Assembly: GCA_964016885.1 (NCBI GenBank)
Contig: OZ024741.1
Span: forward strand, 92,814,001 to 92,878,000
Source of the DNA: Eledone cirrhosa
Taxonomy: Eukaryota
Length of the DNA stretch: 64,000 nt
Direction: 5' to 3'
Shown: positions 27,732-42,051 of the stretch, piece by piece
Numbering within the stretch: position 1 is the stretch's first letter
Layout of the letters: each line of letters begins with the position of its first letter
Program-made: the position numbers and the translations under genes
The notes under the pieces: model-generated
What the model saw: the letters and a program-made list of their open reading frames with translations, nothing else
What the model was told of the DNA's origin: nothing
Databases searched by the model: none

Positions 27732-29419
27732 TAATTTTTATAGGTTTCGTTTGCACTACGGACTAAAGCAGCTGTTGCTATCACATTATTGAAACGAAAC
27801 ATAAGACAGGCGTTAATAAAATATCATTTACATTTGATAAACGTCAAGAAATTGAAACTTTAAACGTGTATTGTTGACATCTCACTAGTCTTTTCTTCAT
27901 ATTACTGCACAAATATCCGGTTTTAACCGACGGAGTCATAAGTATCGGATGGCATTAAACAATCATAACCCCCATATTTCACAATGTCTCATAAAAAAAA
28001 AAATATACTGCTTAATTAGATATATTCAAATAAAAGAACTGGAAACAGCACCTACCTGGTCCACAGAGGGGAAAATCCTCTAATTTAAGAATCAGCGAAC
28101 CATTAAACCTAAAGACCTATAACTTACCTTTCTATAGCTTAGAAAGCTTTAACTACCATAACATTATGCTGGGTAAATAATTACCTGGAAAAATATAATT
28201 TGTTTCCTGAAGAACAGAATGTCTCTGCAAAGACTCATCTGAATGGAAAGATAAGTTTATTATCAATAATGCTATAACTGAAGACTGGAGAATCTGTGAA
28301 CTACTTTGATTGACTACCAGAATGCTATTGACACTGTTTCCCACATATGAATCATGGAAACATTAGCCATAAGACAGCACTAATTACAAGCAGATACACC
28401 GAACACGTTATAAATAAGCACAAAACTGGGAAATATAACAGGTACAAACAAAGGAGGGGTTTATAGAAACAAATATAATTTTATTAAAATAATATTTAGG
28501 GTAGATATGTAGCGAGATAAGATTTTGATGATTTTTGCATGTTTGGTTTGTTCCTTTGGTGTACTCACCAATAGGTTGCTTAGTGATGTGGTCGCTGTTG
28601 TGTAGAGTGTAGACGAGAAGAAATTGATGTGCCTGTGTGTAGGTGACCAGATATTGCGGGTGTGCAAGTGAGTAACACTGTTCATTATGATGATGATGAT
28701 GATGTGGTGATTCTTTGGGTAAGAGGTTTACCTTGATCACATGGCTAATGAAATATACAAACAAGAATTACAACTTAACTAATGTTATTTAATAACCTGG
28801 AATCATACCGCATCGTTCTTCGCACGGTTAACAAGGGACGTGTTCAGGCCTTAGGTAGAGAGGCCTGTTCGAAAAATATATTGCAGTTTCCATTTTCTGC
28901 CGTAAAAAACTGGCGATGGGCCTGTGACTTGTCATCTTTTGTATATGGATCCTCAAGATACACGCTACAGATAGTAAACAAGAATCCCTATTACGGGTTT
29001 ACTAGATTTCATATGAAATTCGATTTAGAAAAAATGCTCAAAGGTAACCATTGAAAGAGAAAAATTAACTAAAAACAATAATGTCTTATTAGACAAAGAG
29101 ACGAAAATAAGTGAATTAGACCAAACATAGAATTGCAAATTACTAAGGAATTTATGAATTAAACATAGCACAACCTAAACAAATAGAAGCAATGATTGGG
29201 AAGGAATGTTATAAATGCATTATAAATGCCATAAATAAGTTAATGGATATCATTAAACTAGTTGTTCCAGTTATGTGTTATAGTTACAATATTCCCGACA
29301 GGACGATTAATACATTAATAAGACTGGACCTGGAAAACAAAAAATAATGAGTGCGTTTAGAATAAACCTCAAAATTCGACAGAACGATTATATTTACTAA
29401 GAGTATAGGGTACAGTGAC

Positions 29420-30725
29420 CTTATTAGAATTATGTTCTGGTAATGGGCTCTCTATTATGAACACCTTCTTCCAGTACAAAGACATCCATAAGTACACATG
29501 GTATAAAGGGAACCACTAATTGATTTTGTTATTGTCTCTGATCTCTTCGATTGTGTTAAATATTCGTTTTAAGAGAGAGGGCTAGCTGTCAAATGATTGC
29601 CATCTAGTTATATGCATCCTGAAACTACCTAAAGCCAGAAAAGCCTACAAAGCTGGTAGGTCCAGCTCGACTAACAGGATAGAGTGGGAAGCGTTGGCAG
29701 TTAAGTAAGTCAGGACCATGTATGCAGATAATATTGCATCCGAATTCATAAAATGCCCTGTGCAAACTGAGGACGTTGAAATTGTTCAGCTCGGCAGTTT
29801 CTGCTTCAGCTGTTAAATGCTGCATACGAATGCGGCATAGTGCGATGCTGAGTGACAGGAGGACCTCTTGGTTCAATCAAGAGGTCAAAGATGGCATCAG
29901 AGCAAAGAAGGCGGCTTACAAAGCTTGGCTAGAAAATAAGTCCTCCTTCTTATACTTGCGGTACAAGCAGGCGCGAAAAGTCACAGCAAAGACAGTAGAG
30001 ACGTCCAAAGTTATGGCATGAGGAGACTTTGGGATTAAACTGGAATCCAACTTTAGATCAGCAAATAAAGTATTCTGGCAGATCATCCGATGACTTTATA
30101 ATAAGAAGTCCCCTTCAACGCCTGCTATCAGGAACGCGTATGGGGTTCTCCTCTCTGCAGAGAGATGCATCTTCACAAGGTGGAGAGAATAATTTGCTGA
30201 TCTCCAAAACCCAGTCACAACAGCATCTTATTGTGTACAGGTGGTGCATCTGGGATAGATGACTAATCTCTCAGAGGCTGAGGTCACACGAACAATTAAA
30301 GTGTTTGAATGTGGCATGGTATATTGGGTGGGTGAGGGGATAAAATTCGGCCTGAAAGTAAAAAGCTATAAATAGAGAAGGTATTCTCTGGCTGACTCAT
30401 GTATGCCAGGTGACCAGGATCTCGGGAAGTCACCTAAGCAATGGCAATCGGGAGTGGTAATCCCAATTTTCAAAAAGGGAGACAAGAAATATTGTTCCAA
30501 TTACAGAAGTATTTCTTTGTTAACCCTCCCCGCTAAAGTCTATGCTAAATGTCTGGCAAAGAGATGTAGAGAGATTGTCGTGTCCAATCGAACTGATGAA
30601 TAGTGTGGTTTTCGCCCAGATACAGCACAGCCGACCAAATATTCACACTACAGTAGGTCTTCGAGAAATCGTGGGTTTATTGCCAAGGGCTGAGTGCTTG
30701 TTTCTTAGACATCGAAAAGGCACGA
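29420..30725 (+). mobile_element. Decayed RTE-like LINE fragment (EN to RT)
   Basis: IMNTFFQYKDIHKYTWY, WFNQEVK and PIFKKGDKKYCSNYRSISLL. Same family as 33900-35140. Confidence 0.75.
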
Positions 30726-30780
30726 GTGGGGTTTGAACTCAGTGAGCCGGAATATATATTGCAACACATTATTTCGGACG

Positions 30781-30965
30781 GTAGATTGACAGTATCGGTA
30801 GAGCATCAGACACCATGCTTTGCAGCATCGAGTTATGGCCCCTTACGTTCTGAGTTCAAATCACGTCGAGGTTAACTTTGCCTTTCATTCTTACGGGGTC
30901 AATAAAATAAAGCACCAGTAATGCACTAGGGTAATTGTTGGCCTTGTGCCAAAAATAGAAATAAT
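30781..30965 (+). mobile_element. SINE family A
   Basis: Similar to 11029-11203. Confidence 0.85.
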
Positions 30966-31189
30966 TATTTCGGGCGCTCTAACGACTCTGCCAATTGACT
31001 GCCTATTAGTTAGCCAAGTAGAAAATAAGGAAAGAATGTGACAAGTGATGCGATTTATTGTTGTGGACTTCTCAACAATCTGAACTGAATCTATACAAAA
31101 TGTTCATGTAAATAAACATTTTACAGCCTTGCTATGAAATTTAGAAGTGGTGAAATTCACCACTGGTCTGTAGCAACCAAGGAAGAGTA

Positions 31190-31230
31190 CCCTAATAGCT
31201 GTTTCTGGTTCCTTAATCATCTTCAGAGGG
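31190..31230 (-). ncRNA. Decayed hammerhead motif
   Basis: CCCT-CTGAAGA-TGATT(AAGG)AACCA-GAAAC-AGCT-ATT^AGGG, with mismatches in stems II and III. Confidence 0.45.
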
Positions 31231-31908
31231 GCTAACTCCGCTTGGCTACTAAGACGAAAATAAGCTAAAAACTTATAGTATTTATATTTATGAACATCGC
31301 CTAATGAAACTCATTTGCATACAGAGCAAAATCCCATTTACATCGCCAGTCATATACAGGGGCAGTGGAAGCATTTCTGAATTGGGGGGAGGGCAAATAT
31401 GGACAATTTAGTTGTAGTGATTAGTTTAGCTCTTTGTACTCTAAAATGGTCAGAAAACTTCGATATGCGATAAACATAACATGTATATAAATTGTAGCGC
31501 ATATACAAATAGATGTGTGTTTCGGTAGTTCTACCGCCACTGCATATATATAATTTTTTTTAAATTATGTCCGTGCCCTTTCCTAAGGGGTTAATATATC
31601 GAGTTTCTTCGCATTTGGTAAGAAACTAGTATTATACCCAATGTATTCATTTCCTATATACCTACATATATATATATATATATTTGTTACTCTAAAGTTT
31701 CACCTACGCATTCACAGAATTACCAGTCTTGTTTGGTGAGTACGACGGTAAGTCTCCAGAGTAACAAGGCTTAGCCATAATAAATGAATATTTAAACTCT
31801 ACTTCGGTATTGAGTTTTCATTCTTACGTCTGTCAATAATTCACGTACTCTCACACTCGGTTTTTATTCCACACCCACCCACACCCGCTTATTGACTGGT
31901 CGGTCAAG

Positions 31909-31973
<65 letters not shown>

Positions 31974-32078
31974 TGGCTGAACTTGCCTGTAGAACAATGA
32001 GGGAGTGGGTGGAGTCGGTCAAGCGTTGAAAGTGAATTCTATACAGCAAAAGAGATAAAGAGAAAAAAGAAAAGAAGT

Positions 32079-32217
32079 ACATCTACCTATGTATGCTGGA
32101 GTTTCCCCTATCTTGTTTGGCAAGTGGGGAAAAGAAGGATCTTACAGCCATTGTCTACCCACTCGAACAAGATAGGGGAACAAGATAGGGGAAACTCCAG
32201 CATACATAGGTAGATGT
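32079..32217. repeat. Perfect 39-bp inverted repeat with 61-nt spacer
   Basis: 32079-32117 vs 32179-32217, with a 13-nt tandem duplication at the right arm. Confidence 0.85.
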
Positions 32218-32520
32218 GCCTCGATAATATGAAACACTTTATCCAACTATATAACTCTAGTAACGTTTTAATGGTGGGGAAAGGTGTGACTTCACCTTTC
32301 TATAAGTAGATTGATCTAGAAATCCAGATAAAGCATCAATAGAGACACTTTTCGGTTTTATGGGCGATTTTTGTCCTACCTCGATTCGTGCTAGAGCCAA
32401 CGAAATGGCCTAGTGTTAAACAACCACGCTTGTACTATCCACAGACCTGTCAACTCTCCCCGTCCGATGGGTGGGTAAGAGATGTCTTCTCTTGTGAAAA
32501 TGGGTATAGCTTTCATTATG

Positions 32521-32705
32521 GTGGATTGGCAAGTATCGGTAGAGGGTCGGACGCCATGCTTTGAAGCATAGAGTTACGTCCCTTTATGATCTGAGTTCAA
32601 ATCCCGCCGAGGTTAACTTTGCCTTTCATCCTTATGGAGTCGATAAAATAAAGTACCAGTAATGCACTGGGTAATTGTAGCCTTGTGCCAAAAGTAGAAA
32701 CAATT
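32521..32705 (+). mobile_element. SINE family A
   Basis: Similar to 11029-11203. Confidence 0.88.
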
Positions 32706-33514
32706 ATGTAAAATCTCTCTATTTTTATGATACTCCCCGTTTGGGTTTTTAGAGTTGGCAGATCTGTATCCATAATGTCTCAACTAAAAAGAAATTTTCT
32801 CTCAGACCATGACATGGCATTCAGTAACCTGGGTCTCAATTGCAGTGATAGTAAATACCCAGGCGGGAATATTGGTGTGCCACACTTTCTCTAGTGCCAG
32901 CCTCACTGCTGCAAACGCAAAGGAGCGGAAGATGGTAAAATGCTAGGCATTGACTGAACGTTTCTTTTCGTGTCGATCGCCATTGAAACCTCCTGTCTGT
33001 CGTTTTTCTCCGCAGTCACGTTTGCAGCGGATATCGCTAGCTGAGATATACCGCCCACCCAAAGGTGTAGAGTTCACCGCCACCCATTTCGCTCCCCGCT
33101 TTTTTCTTTCTTTTTTCATTGTTTTTCTTTTTGTCATTATGTTGTTATAAACGTATTTTGCAATTAAAATTATTCTTCCCACATGATTCTGCAGAAAACT
33201 AACTGGGGAGCAATTAAACATTACCTATGATTGGTCTTTTACACTTATTTCCCCTAATATCAAAGTATCTTGGCAGCTATTTGGAGATACAGTTACTAAC
33301 ATATGCTCAAACCACACCCCGTTACGTCACGTGAACAAAAATAGACACAGGCTCCCAAGAGAGAAAAAAAATCTTCATTAACAAAAAAAAAAAGAGTAAA
33401 CAAAAAAAAACTCAATCGGTTAAAATACCGCCAGTAGTAGCATCCCCATTCGACGAAAATAACAACGATGGCAACAACAAAAATTGTCTCCCGGTCAGTG
33501 CGAAGGCTATTAAC

Positions 33515-33828
33515 TGACACTCCGTCAGTTATAACGATGAGTGCTCCAGCTGATGCAGTCAAAGGAACGGCTTGCCAGTGAAATTAACATGCAAGTGGCT
33601 GAACATTCCAGATACGCGTATCTTTAACGTAGTTCTCAGGGAGATTCAGCGTGACACAGAATGTGACAAGGCTGTCCCTTCGAATTACAAGTAGAACTCA
33701 TTTTTCCGATTGAGTGGACTGGAACAATGTGAAATAAAGTGTCTTGCTCAAAGACACAACACGCCACAGGAAATCGAACTCACGAACTTACGATCGTGGG
33801 CCGAATACTCTAACCACTAAGCCATGCG
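33515..33828 (-). mobile_element. tRNA-derived SINE family B (CORE-like)
   Basis: Minus strand has TGGCTTAGTGGTTAG (A box), GAGTTCGATTTC (B box) and GTGTCTTTGAGCAAGACACTT core-like motif. Confidence 0.75.
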
Positions 33829-33899
33829 GTGAAAGCTATACTTAATAGTCTAAGAGCTGTTAGGGAAAACTAGAATTTCTCTTCTTCTTCTTCCAATCC

Positions 33900-35140
33900 G
33901 ACTGAAAATAATGAACAGGAGAGGTGAGAGTACGCACCCTTAGCGGAGTCCGACTCCCACGTATGGTTTCCATTTAGCACCATTTATCCAAACACAAATA
34001 CACAGGGCAGCAAGAATCTGACAATCGATCCCGCAGAGCCTTCTACAACATACCCGGTGGAACGTGGTCATATGCCTTTTCGATGTCTACAAAACAAGAA
34101 TTGGCAATACCCCCACAATTTCTCGAAGACCTGCCACAGTGTGAATATTTGGTCGGCTGTGCTGCGTCCAGGGAGAAAACCACACTGTTCGTCATTTAGC
34201 TTGGACTCTACAATCTTCCTACATCTCTTTGCCAGACACTTAGCATTGACTTTACCGGGGAGGATTAACAAGGAGATCACTCTGTAATTGGAACAATCTT
34301 GTCTCCTTTTTTAAAAATTGGGATTATCACTCCTGAATTTCATCTTCCCAATAGGCCATGCCACATTTGAGCACTTTAATTGTTCTTCTGGCCTCACTCT
34401 CCAAGAGATTAGTCATCACTCCCAGATGCAACTTGTGTACATCAGAAGCTGTTGTGACCAGGATTAGAAGATCAGCAAAGTATTCTCTCCACCCCGTGAA
34501 AATGCACCTCTCTGCAGAGAGGAGAACCCCAAACGCGTTCCTGATAGCAGGTCTGGAGGGGGACTTCTTATTACTAAGTCAGCAGGTGGTCTGCCAGAAC
34601 ACTTTATTTGCTAGTCTGAAGTTGGATTCTAGCTTAACCCCAAAGTCCTCCCATGTCTTAACTTTTGACGCCTTTACTGTTTCTGCTGCGATTCTTTGTG
34701 CTTGCTTGTACCGCAAGTGCAAGAAGGACCTATTTCTAAGACAAAGTTTGTAGGCTCCCTTTTTTGCTCAGGTGGCATATTTGACCTCTTCATTGAACCA
34801 AGGAGTCCTCTTGCCATCCGGCGCCACACCAAGCCTCTTTCGCCCGCAGCATTTAACAGCTGAAGCAGACACTGCTGCGCTGAACAATCTCCACTCTCTC
34901 TCAACATCCTCAGTTTGCTCAGGGAGTTCTCTGAATTTGGATGCAATAGTATCTGCCTACCTGGTCCTGACCTTCTTATCTACCAACGCTTTCCACTTTA
35001 TTCTGTAGGTTGCCCTGGACCTACAAGTTCCATGGGCCTCTTTGGTTTTAAGTAGTTTCAAGTTGCAGATAACTAGATGATGATCAGTTGACAGCTCAGC
35101 CCCTCTCTTAACACGAACATCCAGCACAGAATCGAAGGTT
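33900..35140 (-). mobile_element. Decayed RTE-like LINE fragment
   Basis: GAELSTDHHLV, EQCGFLPGRSTADQIF and GCVLSPLLFII. Confidence 0.8.
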
Positions 35141-35574
35141 TGAGAAAGTACCAGATTAGTGAGAGGCACGAACAAGACCATCAAAACTGTAATATGGTCA
35201 GAGGAACGAAAAAAAAACATACTGCATTGTCCTTCGTGCGGGTTAACAAGGGACGCGTTTAGACCTTAGGTAGACGGGCTTGTTCGAAAAATAGATTTCA
35301 GTCTCCATTGCATGCCGCAAAAACTGACGATGGGCCTGTGACCTGTCCTGGGAGGCGTGGGATGGATGCACAAATATTGTGTATCTCGATACCCCAAGAG
35401 GTAGAAACCCTCGTCTATATCTTTGGCATTATAGTGGAGAATATTGTTTTCATGTATCAATGAACCGGTTGATGAAGCAGATTCTCTATATTTGTTTGTT
35501 TTTTACATCACTGATTAGAGCATTTTGTGGTTATGTTTAATGTTCTTAATGGTGTTACTTAACTCGCCAATAGG

Positions 35575-36158
35575 TGATCTCTAACATGCACTTGATAGGT
35601 TTGATGCTGAGTGCTCCATGGTTGGTATGAAAATAAGTGCTGAGACACTCGTCCTCTCAAAGAAGCCTGCGCAGTGCACTCTACATTTGAATGCAGTTCC
35701 ACTGAAGCAGGTGGAGAAGTTCAAGTATCTCGGGGTGGTGTTCACGTGTGATGGAAGACAGGAGACTAAATTAAGTGCAAGAATTGCAGGAGCTGGTGCA
35801 GTAATGCGCCAGCTTCAGCATTCGGTAATCAGAAGAAAAGAGGTACGTATAAAAATCAAACACGCAATCTTCAATTCGGTATTCGTGCCAATCCTGGGCA
35901 TGTGGTTAGAATGTCTCAGGAAAGAATCTCTGGACAGATTTTACGAGCAAAATCAACCGGTAGGAGAACCAATGGTAGACTCCGAGTAAGATTGGTGGAT
36001 AAGATCCATGAGCTCGGCTGTATCAATTGGCGATGGTTGCATCTGACAGGACCCGCTGGAAGGAGTGTTTGAGGACTCTGACCCTCTCAGGAAGAAGAAG
36101 AAGAAGAAGAAGAAGAAGAAGAAGAAGAAGAAGAAGAAGAAGAAGAAGAAGAAGAAGC
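35575..36158 (+). mobile_element. RTE-like LINE 3' fragment with (GAA)n tail
   Basis: LKQVEKFKYLGVVF.. followed by (GAA)n. Similar to 54420-55050(-). Confidence 0.75.
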
Positions 36159-36279
36159 GGTGCATATCTTGTGCGGTGTGCCTAGGTTGCGTACAGACGA
36201 CGACGCCTATGTATGAAAATTTGGGCCCGTTAGATGGATTGAACCTCTAATTCAAAGGTCCATCCTTGTTATATATTAT

Positions 36280-36707
36280 GTCACGCTGATTCTCGGTGAA
36301 CACCGACAAAATTATTAACCATCTTGCCAACAACAACCCTGAGCGCCTTTTTGAATTCCATGTGTCTAACACACGTGGGCATGCCTACAAAATCAGAAAA
36401 CAGCACAGCTCCCATGACTTTCGGAAACATTTTTTCACGCTCAGAGTTGCTGAAGCATGGAACAAACTACCTACATCAGTTGTTAGCTGTCGAGACACTG
36501 CATTCTTTAAAACGTCCATGCTTCCTGAGATTCGCCAACACTACACCTGATATCCCCCCTCTATACACACGCACACATGTATATCATGACTCATACACTG
36601 TCCACTTTCTTGACATTTGTACATTATTCTGTGTACTATATATGCACCTTTAATGAGTTGTAGTGCACCTGAGCACTGTATACAATAATTTCATTATTAT
36701 TATTATT
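36280..36707 (+). mobile_element. CR1-type LINE 3' end
   Basis: TRGHAYKIRK..RKHFFTLRVAEAWNKLP..FK, followed by a (TTA)n tail. Confidence 0.75.
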
Positions 36708-37029
36708 GGCTGTCAGTGAAGACGTGTTTTTGGAGCACCGCAAAAGTAGCAAATTTTCTGTTTATTTTCATTTACAATAATTGTTGTATTCTTTGAAAAG
36801 GGTCGTAAAACTTCCGTCTTTGCCTTGTGAAGGGATGACTGTGTAATAATTGGGCCTTTTGGCCCAAATATTTGAACCTTTTTGTATTTAAAAAAAACAT
36901 TCACGAAAAAAAAGACATGACTGAGCCACGCCCCCCCCCCCCCCCCTCCCACTTTAAGTCTGCTGTCGTGTGACAGAAGCCTAAATATTGAGAGGAGAGA
37001 AGCGGCAAACACATTGATTTATACTACAA

Positions 37030-40000
37030 ATACAGTTAGCAGCACCACCACAAACAGCATGGACGGCTACAACAGTAACACCAATAGTGAGAACAATAAC
37101 CTTTAAAAAAAACAATGACAATACCAACCACAGTAGTAACAGCGACAACCAAAAGACAGACAACAGAAATGATGACAACAAAAACAACGAAATTAACACC
37201 ACTAACAAGAATATAAACAGCGACAGCACCAACAGCAACAATACCAACTGCACCGAGAATACAACGGCGGCACCAAAGATATAACCAACTGCAACAGTGG
37301 TAACAGCAACAACACCAGCAAGAACAACGACAACAACACCAACGACAAGAACACTTTCGCTGAAGCAGCAACCAAAAAGAGGCCATGCTTCAGAATGAAC
37401 TTCTCGAGCAAAGATGAAAAGTTAGCCCAGGCGTGGAAGCTCGTCAAGCAAGAGCAAACCTGGGCTAACTTAACTGTCCCGTTAGAAGCTATTGAAGCAG
37501 TGGAGCGCAGAACGGTGTATTGCAGGTGCATCTCCGCAGAAACCAAGAGGGCAGGTTTAATTGCAGGTGGATGTGTGAGGCCTTTCGCCAGCATTTTGCT
37601 CGGTTGTTCGGGGGAAGTGGCGGGTCAGAGACGGTGGCGGACTTCAGTCCCTACCTCGATGGCTTGCCGTAGCTCTCGACGGCCGACGCTGAGCGTTGCG
37701 AAAGGCCGATAACTTCAGCCGAAATTCAGGATGCCCTTATCGTCTGTATGAGGCGCAATTCACCTGGTTTGGATGGTCTGCCCTACGAGCTTTACGTAAA
37801 TATGCCAGACTTGTTCTCCGATCTCCTCGAAGCGCTCTACTGCAACTGGCAGCAGAACGGGAGTATTCCCAGTTCTGTGAGCCGGAGCGTAGTGACGCTG
37901 ATAAGGAAAGACGAGAACAAGAGGGACATATTAGATCATTTTAGGCCCATAATTCTGCTCAACACAGAGTTTAAGATTTTGGCCAAGGTATTAGGGAAGA
38001 GGTTGGCGCTTGTCGTAGAAGATTTGGTTGAGGAGGCGCAAACTTGCGCAATCCCGACCAGGTCCATACATGACAACCTCCACCTCAAGCGATACGTCAT
38101 AAAGAGGGTAGGGTGTAAACCTGGCTTCGGTGGGGTTCTGATCAATTTAGATCAATCGAAAGCATTCGATAGGGTCGACCATCGGTACCTGGAGGCTGTC
38201 CTCAAGGCAGCTGGCTTCGACCCCGTCTTCAGAAGCTGGATCGCTGCAATGCACAACGGCATCTGCTCAATGGTCAAACTTAATGGCCACCTCTCAGAAC
38301 CGTTTCAGATCGCCCGATCGGTCCGTCAAGGGTGCCCTCTCTCTTCCACATATTGACTCTCGCGCCTTTACTGCGGAAGTTGGAGCTGTTGCAGGGCATC
38401 CCGCTCGAACCGGGACGCGGAAAGGCTGTGTCGGCTTGTGCGGACGACATCACCGTGATGGTGTCGGACACCTCGGAAATCGAGGTGGTCGGCACCTTAT
38501 TGAAGGAATATGAAAGGTTGATAGGAGCGAAACTTAATCCGGAAAAGTCAGTGGGCTTGCAGCTCGGCACCTGGAGAGGCAAGTCCATGCCGTCCAACAG
38601 CGTCGTGGGGCGCTGGACAGACGGATGGGTAAAGTTACTCGGAGTTTGGTTCGGACCAGACTTCCAGGTGGAAAAGAATTGGATAAGGTAACGAGCAGGG
38701 TAGCCAGTCTCACCCAGAAATGAGCTGCGAGGAAGCTATCACTGAAAGGTCGCGAGGAGGTGGCGAATGCGTACATCGCGTCCGTCATCTACTACCGCCT
38801 GACCGTCATGCCTTGCCCCCGTCCGCGCTTCACCAAGTTGGAACGGCTCCTCTTCAAATTGTTGTGGAGGGGACAAGTTCCGTTGGTGAGGCGATCCATT
38901 TGCTGCCAGCACCCTCTACGCGGAGGGCTGGGCATGCCGTGGCTAATGATGCGCAGACATGCGCTGAGGCTGCAGCATCTCTAGATATTCTGCCTAAACG
39001 GTGAACAGGTGTGGTTGCCGTTTATCAGACGGGCCTTCTTGCAGCTCATCTCTTTGACTGAGCTGCAGTCCTGGATCAAGAAGAGACCAAGACTAGGTGA
39101 TTGGCATCTGGAATATTGCCAGACACTCACTGTCCCCTACCAGGTGGAGAAAGCGGTCAGTGGAACTTCCACTCTCTAGTTCTATAGAGGATTAGTGGTG
39201 GGCGAGTGCGTCAACGCACTCGGAGAGGCTCTGGGCGTCGACGAAGTCGAACTAATCTGTTCCGGAGGACTTTCGAGCCGGGGACGATGGATAACAAAAA
39301 TGGGTAACAAAGATCCTTCGCTTGGCAGTGCTACCGGGGGGCACTGCCGGTTAGAGGTAAAATCTACAGGCACGGGAGGGCTATCAGACGGACCTGCCCG
39401 AGATGCACGCAGAGAGACGAAACCGTTCTGCACGCACTCGTCCAGTGTCCATGCATTACTGGCGTGTGGCGTTATGGCGAACAGCTCTTGTCGCGTGTAG
39501 AACGGATCCGGCTGAGTCCATAGTGAAGATCGACCCAACGCCTTCTTTTGACCAGGAAGGGCAGGCAATTTTCCTCTGTCTGGTGGCAGTTGCGAAAGAG
39601 ATTATATAGTGGACCAGGATGAAAGGACTGAAGAGAGACACTTTTCTCTTCAGCCAATCCCTCATCAACTTTTCCAATCCCACATCCAGTTTCACTTGGA
39701 AAGGAAGGTGAGGATGGAAAGAGAAGTGTTGCCGCCCAGTACATTTGCTGAAAGGTGGGTGAATGTGGCGAGAATGACCCGTGTGAGTGGGCCTACTCTG
39801 ATCATGCTCCTGTAGGTGGGTGAATTTGTTGAGGAGAGGGCTGCCCTTCCCGGGTGCTCTCGAAGCGTCGGGTGGTTCAGGATTGGTGGGGTACCTGAGT
39901 CAACCCTGGGTGGTTATCCCCCCTATTGGGGAATTTTTCATTGTTGTATTTTTCTTGTTTATTGTTATTGTTTTCCTATTTTTACTCGATTTTGATGTAA

Positions 40001-40075
40001 CCCCCCACTGTCCCTGTCTAGTGTATCGTCCCCTATTTGTCTGCCCTTGTGGCCAATAAATGAAACCATTATTAT
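37030..40075 (+). mobile_element. Tx1/L1-clade LINE, decayed (RT and 3' end)
   Basis: SPGLDGLPYELY, FRPIILLNTEFKILAK, LDQSKAFDRVDH, VRQGCPLS and CADDIT, with a 3' AATAAA and (TTA)n. The 5' boundary is uncertain. Confidence 0.85.
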
Positions 40076-40560
40076 TGGATTGGCAGTATCAGTAGAGGGT
40101 CGGACGCCATGCTTTTACGCATAGAGTTACGGCCCTTTCCATTCTGAGTTCAAATCCCGCCGAGGTCAACTTTGCCTTTCATCCTTACGGGGTCGATAAA
40201 ATAAAGTACCAGTAATGTACTGGGTAATTTGCTGGCCTTGTGCCAAAAGTAGAAACAATTATTATTATTAGAAGAAGAAGAAGAAGAAGAAGAAGAAGAA
40301 GAAGAAGAAGAAGAAGAAGAAGAAGAAGAAGAAGAAGAAGAACCACGTATAGAATGCTCTGCTGTATTCGTTCCAGCAATTTGGGTCTTAGCTCAGATCT
40401 CAGTTTGTCTTTCACCCTTTCGAGATCTATAAATAAAGAAGAAAAAGAAGAAGAAGAAGAAGAAGAAGAAGAAGAAGAAGAAGAAGAAGAAGAAGAAGAA
40501 GAAGAAGAAGAAGAAGAAGAAGAAGAAGAAGAAGAAGAAGAAGAAGAAGAAGAAGAGCCA
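40076..40560 (+). repeat. SINE family A followed by two (GAA)n tracts
   Basis: SINE at about 40076-40262; (GAA)n at 40270-40341 and 40436-40556. Confidence 0.85.
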
Positions 40561-41207
40561 CTTCATCATTGGATGTAATGCTGTCATAATGCTGCTTTGT
40601 AATTTTCAAGAATGACTTGCTAACACGGTTTCGTGTCTTCAAGAATGTTAAGAATTAAAGTTCTCTAATGTGCCTCTCTGAGGTCTGCGCCTTATACGGC
40701 TACCTAGTTTACTCAATGCTGGCATCAGCCCTGCCCGGCGCTAATCACAATTTACAGGATTAAAATGTGAAATCCGTGAAGGTTAGAGATGTCAACCTGC
40801 CTACAAAGTTATACAAAGCACAAGGGAGTTGTCATTTACAAATAGAGATATTTATACAGTGGGAAAACAACGTGATCTCTATATAACCCATAAAGGCCTG
40901 TGCAACCCTAAACTTGCCTTTTGATAAGAATTTGATGATATTTGAAATTAGAGCAAAGAAAAATACCTGACATTTGATTAAAAAAATTACATCGTTTGTG
41001 GGCGAAATATCACATCTCAATGGTGGAAGGAATTTTGTCTAAGTTACTTTGCTCTCTAATGTCTTTTTTATACATATATTGACATAATAACAAGGTTATA
41101 CACACTTCTATGCACATACGCATGCGCGCGTACAGAAACCTCTAAACACATGAGTGTGTGTGTGCGTGTGCAGTTGTATATGTGAATACACATAAATAAA
41201 TAAATAT

Positions 41208-41276
<69 letters not shown>

Positions 41277-41310
41277 TAATTTTGTTTCTTGCCTACGTAT
41301 GCATACTTAC

Positions 41311-41360
<50 letters not shown>

Positions 41361-41627
41361 GAGAGAGAGATGTGTGTGTGTGTATGTATGTATGTGTGTA
41401 TAGAGAGAGAGGGGTGGAAATAGGCAGAGATAGGGGAAATAGAAAGAGTGTGAGTGTCGTTTTAGTATTTTTCGTTTATTGTTTAATGAATTTGTTCTTT
41501 AATTCCTGAAGGAATATAATAATTACCTGCCCTGGGGTCAATAAAGCTTGATAAGAAACTATAGTACACATACATGTACATACAAAATACATACATACAA
41601 ATACACACACACATACATGTGTGTGTG

Positions 41628-41724
<97 letters not shown>

Positions 41725-41779
41725 CAACGTGTTAATGTATTTTGACAGTGCGTTTGATAAGCTCCACTAAACAATCGTT

Positions 41780-41890
41780 ATAAAGTTCAGTAGTTGAATT
41801 GTGTGTGTAAAACTCGCTCAGCAAGTTTATTAAAACAGTAAAACAATCAAACAGGCAACTTCTGCCTCTAGAAGTAAATATAAGCAACAA
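41780..41890 (+). promoter_or_regulatory. Putative promoter of aquaporin first exon A
   Basis: GTTCAGTAGTTG..AAAACTCGCT (41809) followed by TATA-like TATTAAAA. The motif order is shared with 45860-45945. Confidence 0.4.
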
Positions 41891-42051
41891 ATCTGTTGAC
41901 GTTGTTAATTAGTAGAAAAGAAAAAAAAGCACAAATTGAATAACAGTAAATAACCTCTTACATTTTTAAAGTGAACAACATTTCTAGAGAAAAAATCTGC
42001 TCTGATGTTTAATCGATTTCTCATTGAAAACTTTCAAATGCCTGTTATTTA

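Larger units (their letters stand above)
25088..27935. mobile_element. Old foldback/MITE-like element with long degenerate inverted arms, hosting the Chapaev3 insertion
   Basis: About 25088-25228 resembles the reverse complement of about 27738-27935 (e.g. AACAGCTGCTTTAGTCC / GGACTAAAGCAGCTGTT). Confidence 0.6.

Noticed and set aside
33880-36158. Twin-primed inversion of a single RTE-like insertion
   Set aside because: The orientation fits, but an unrelated ~430-bp repeat separates the parts and no TSD was found.
36065-40642. Poly-K/R/E/L/F and Asn/Thr-rich ORFs
   Set aside because: These are translations of (GAA)n tails and AAC-rich low-complexity sequence.
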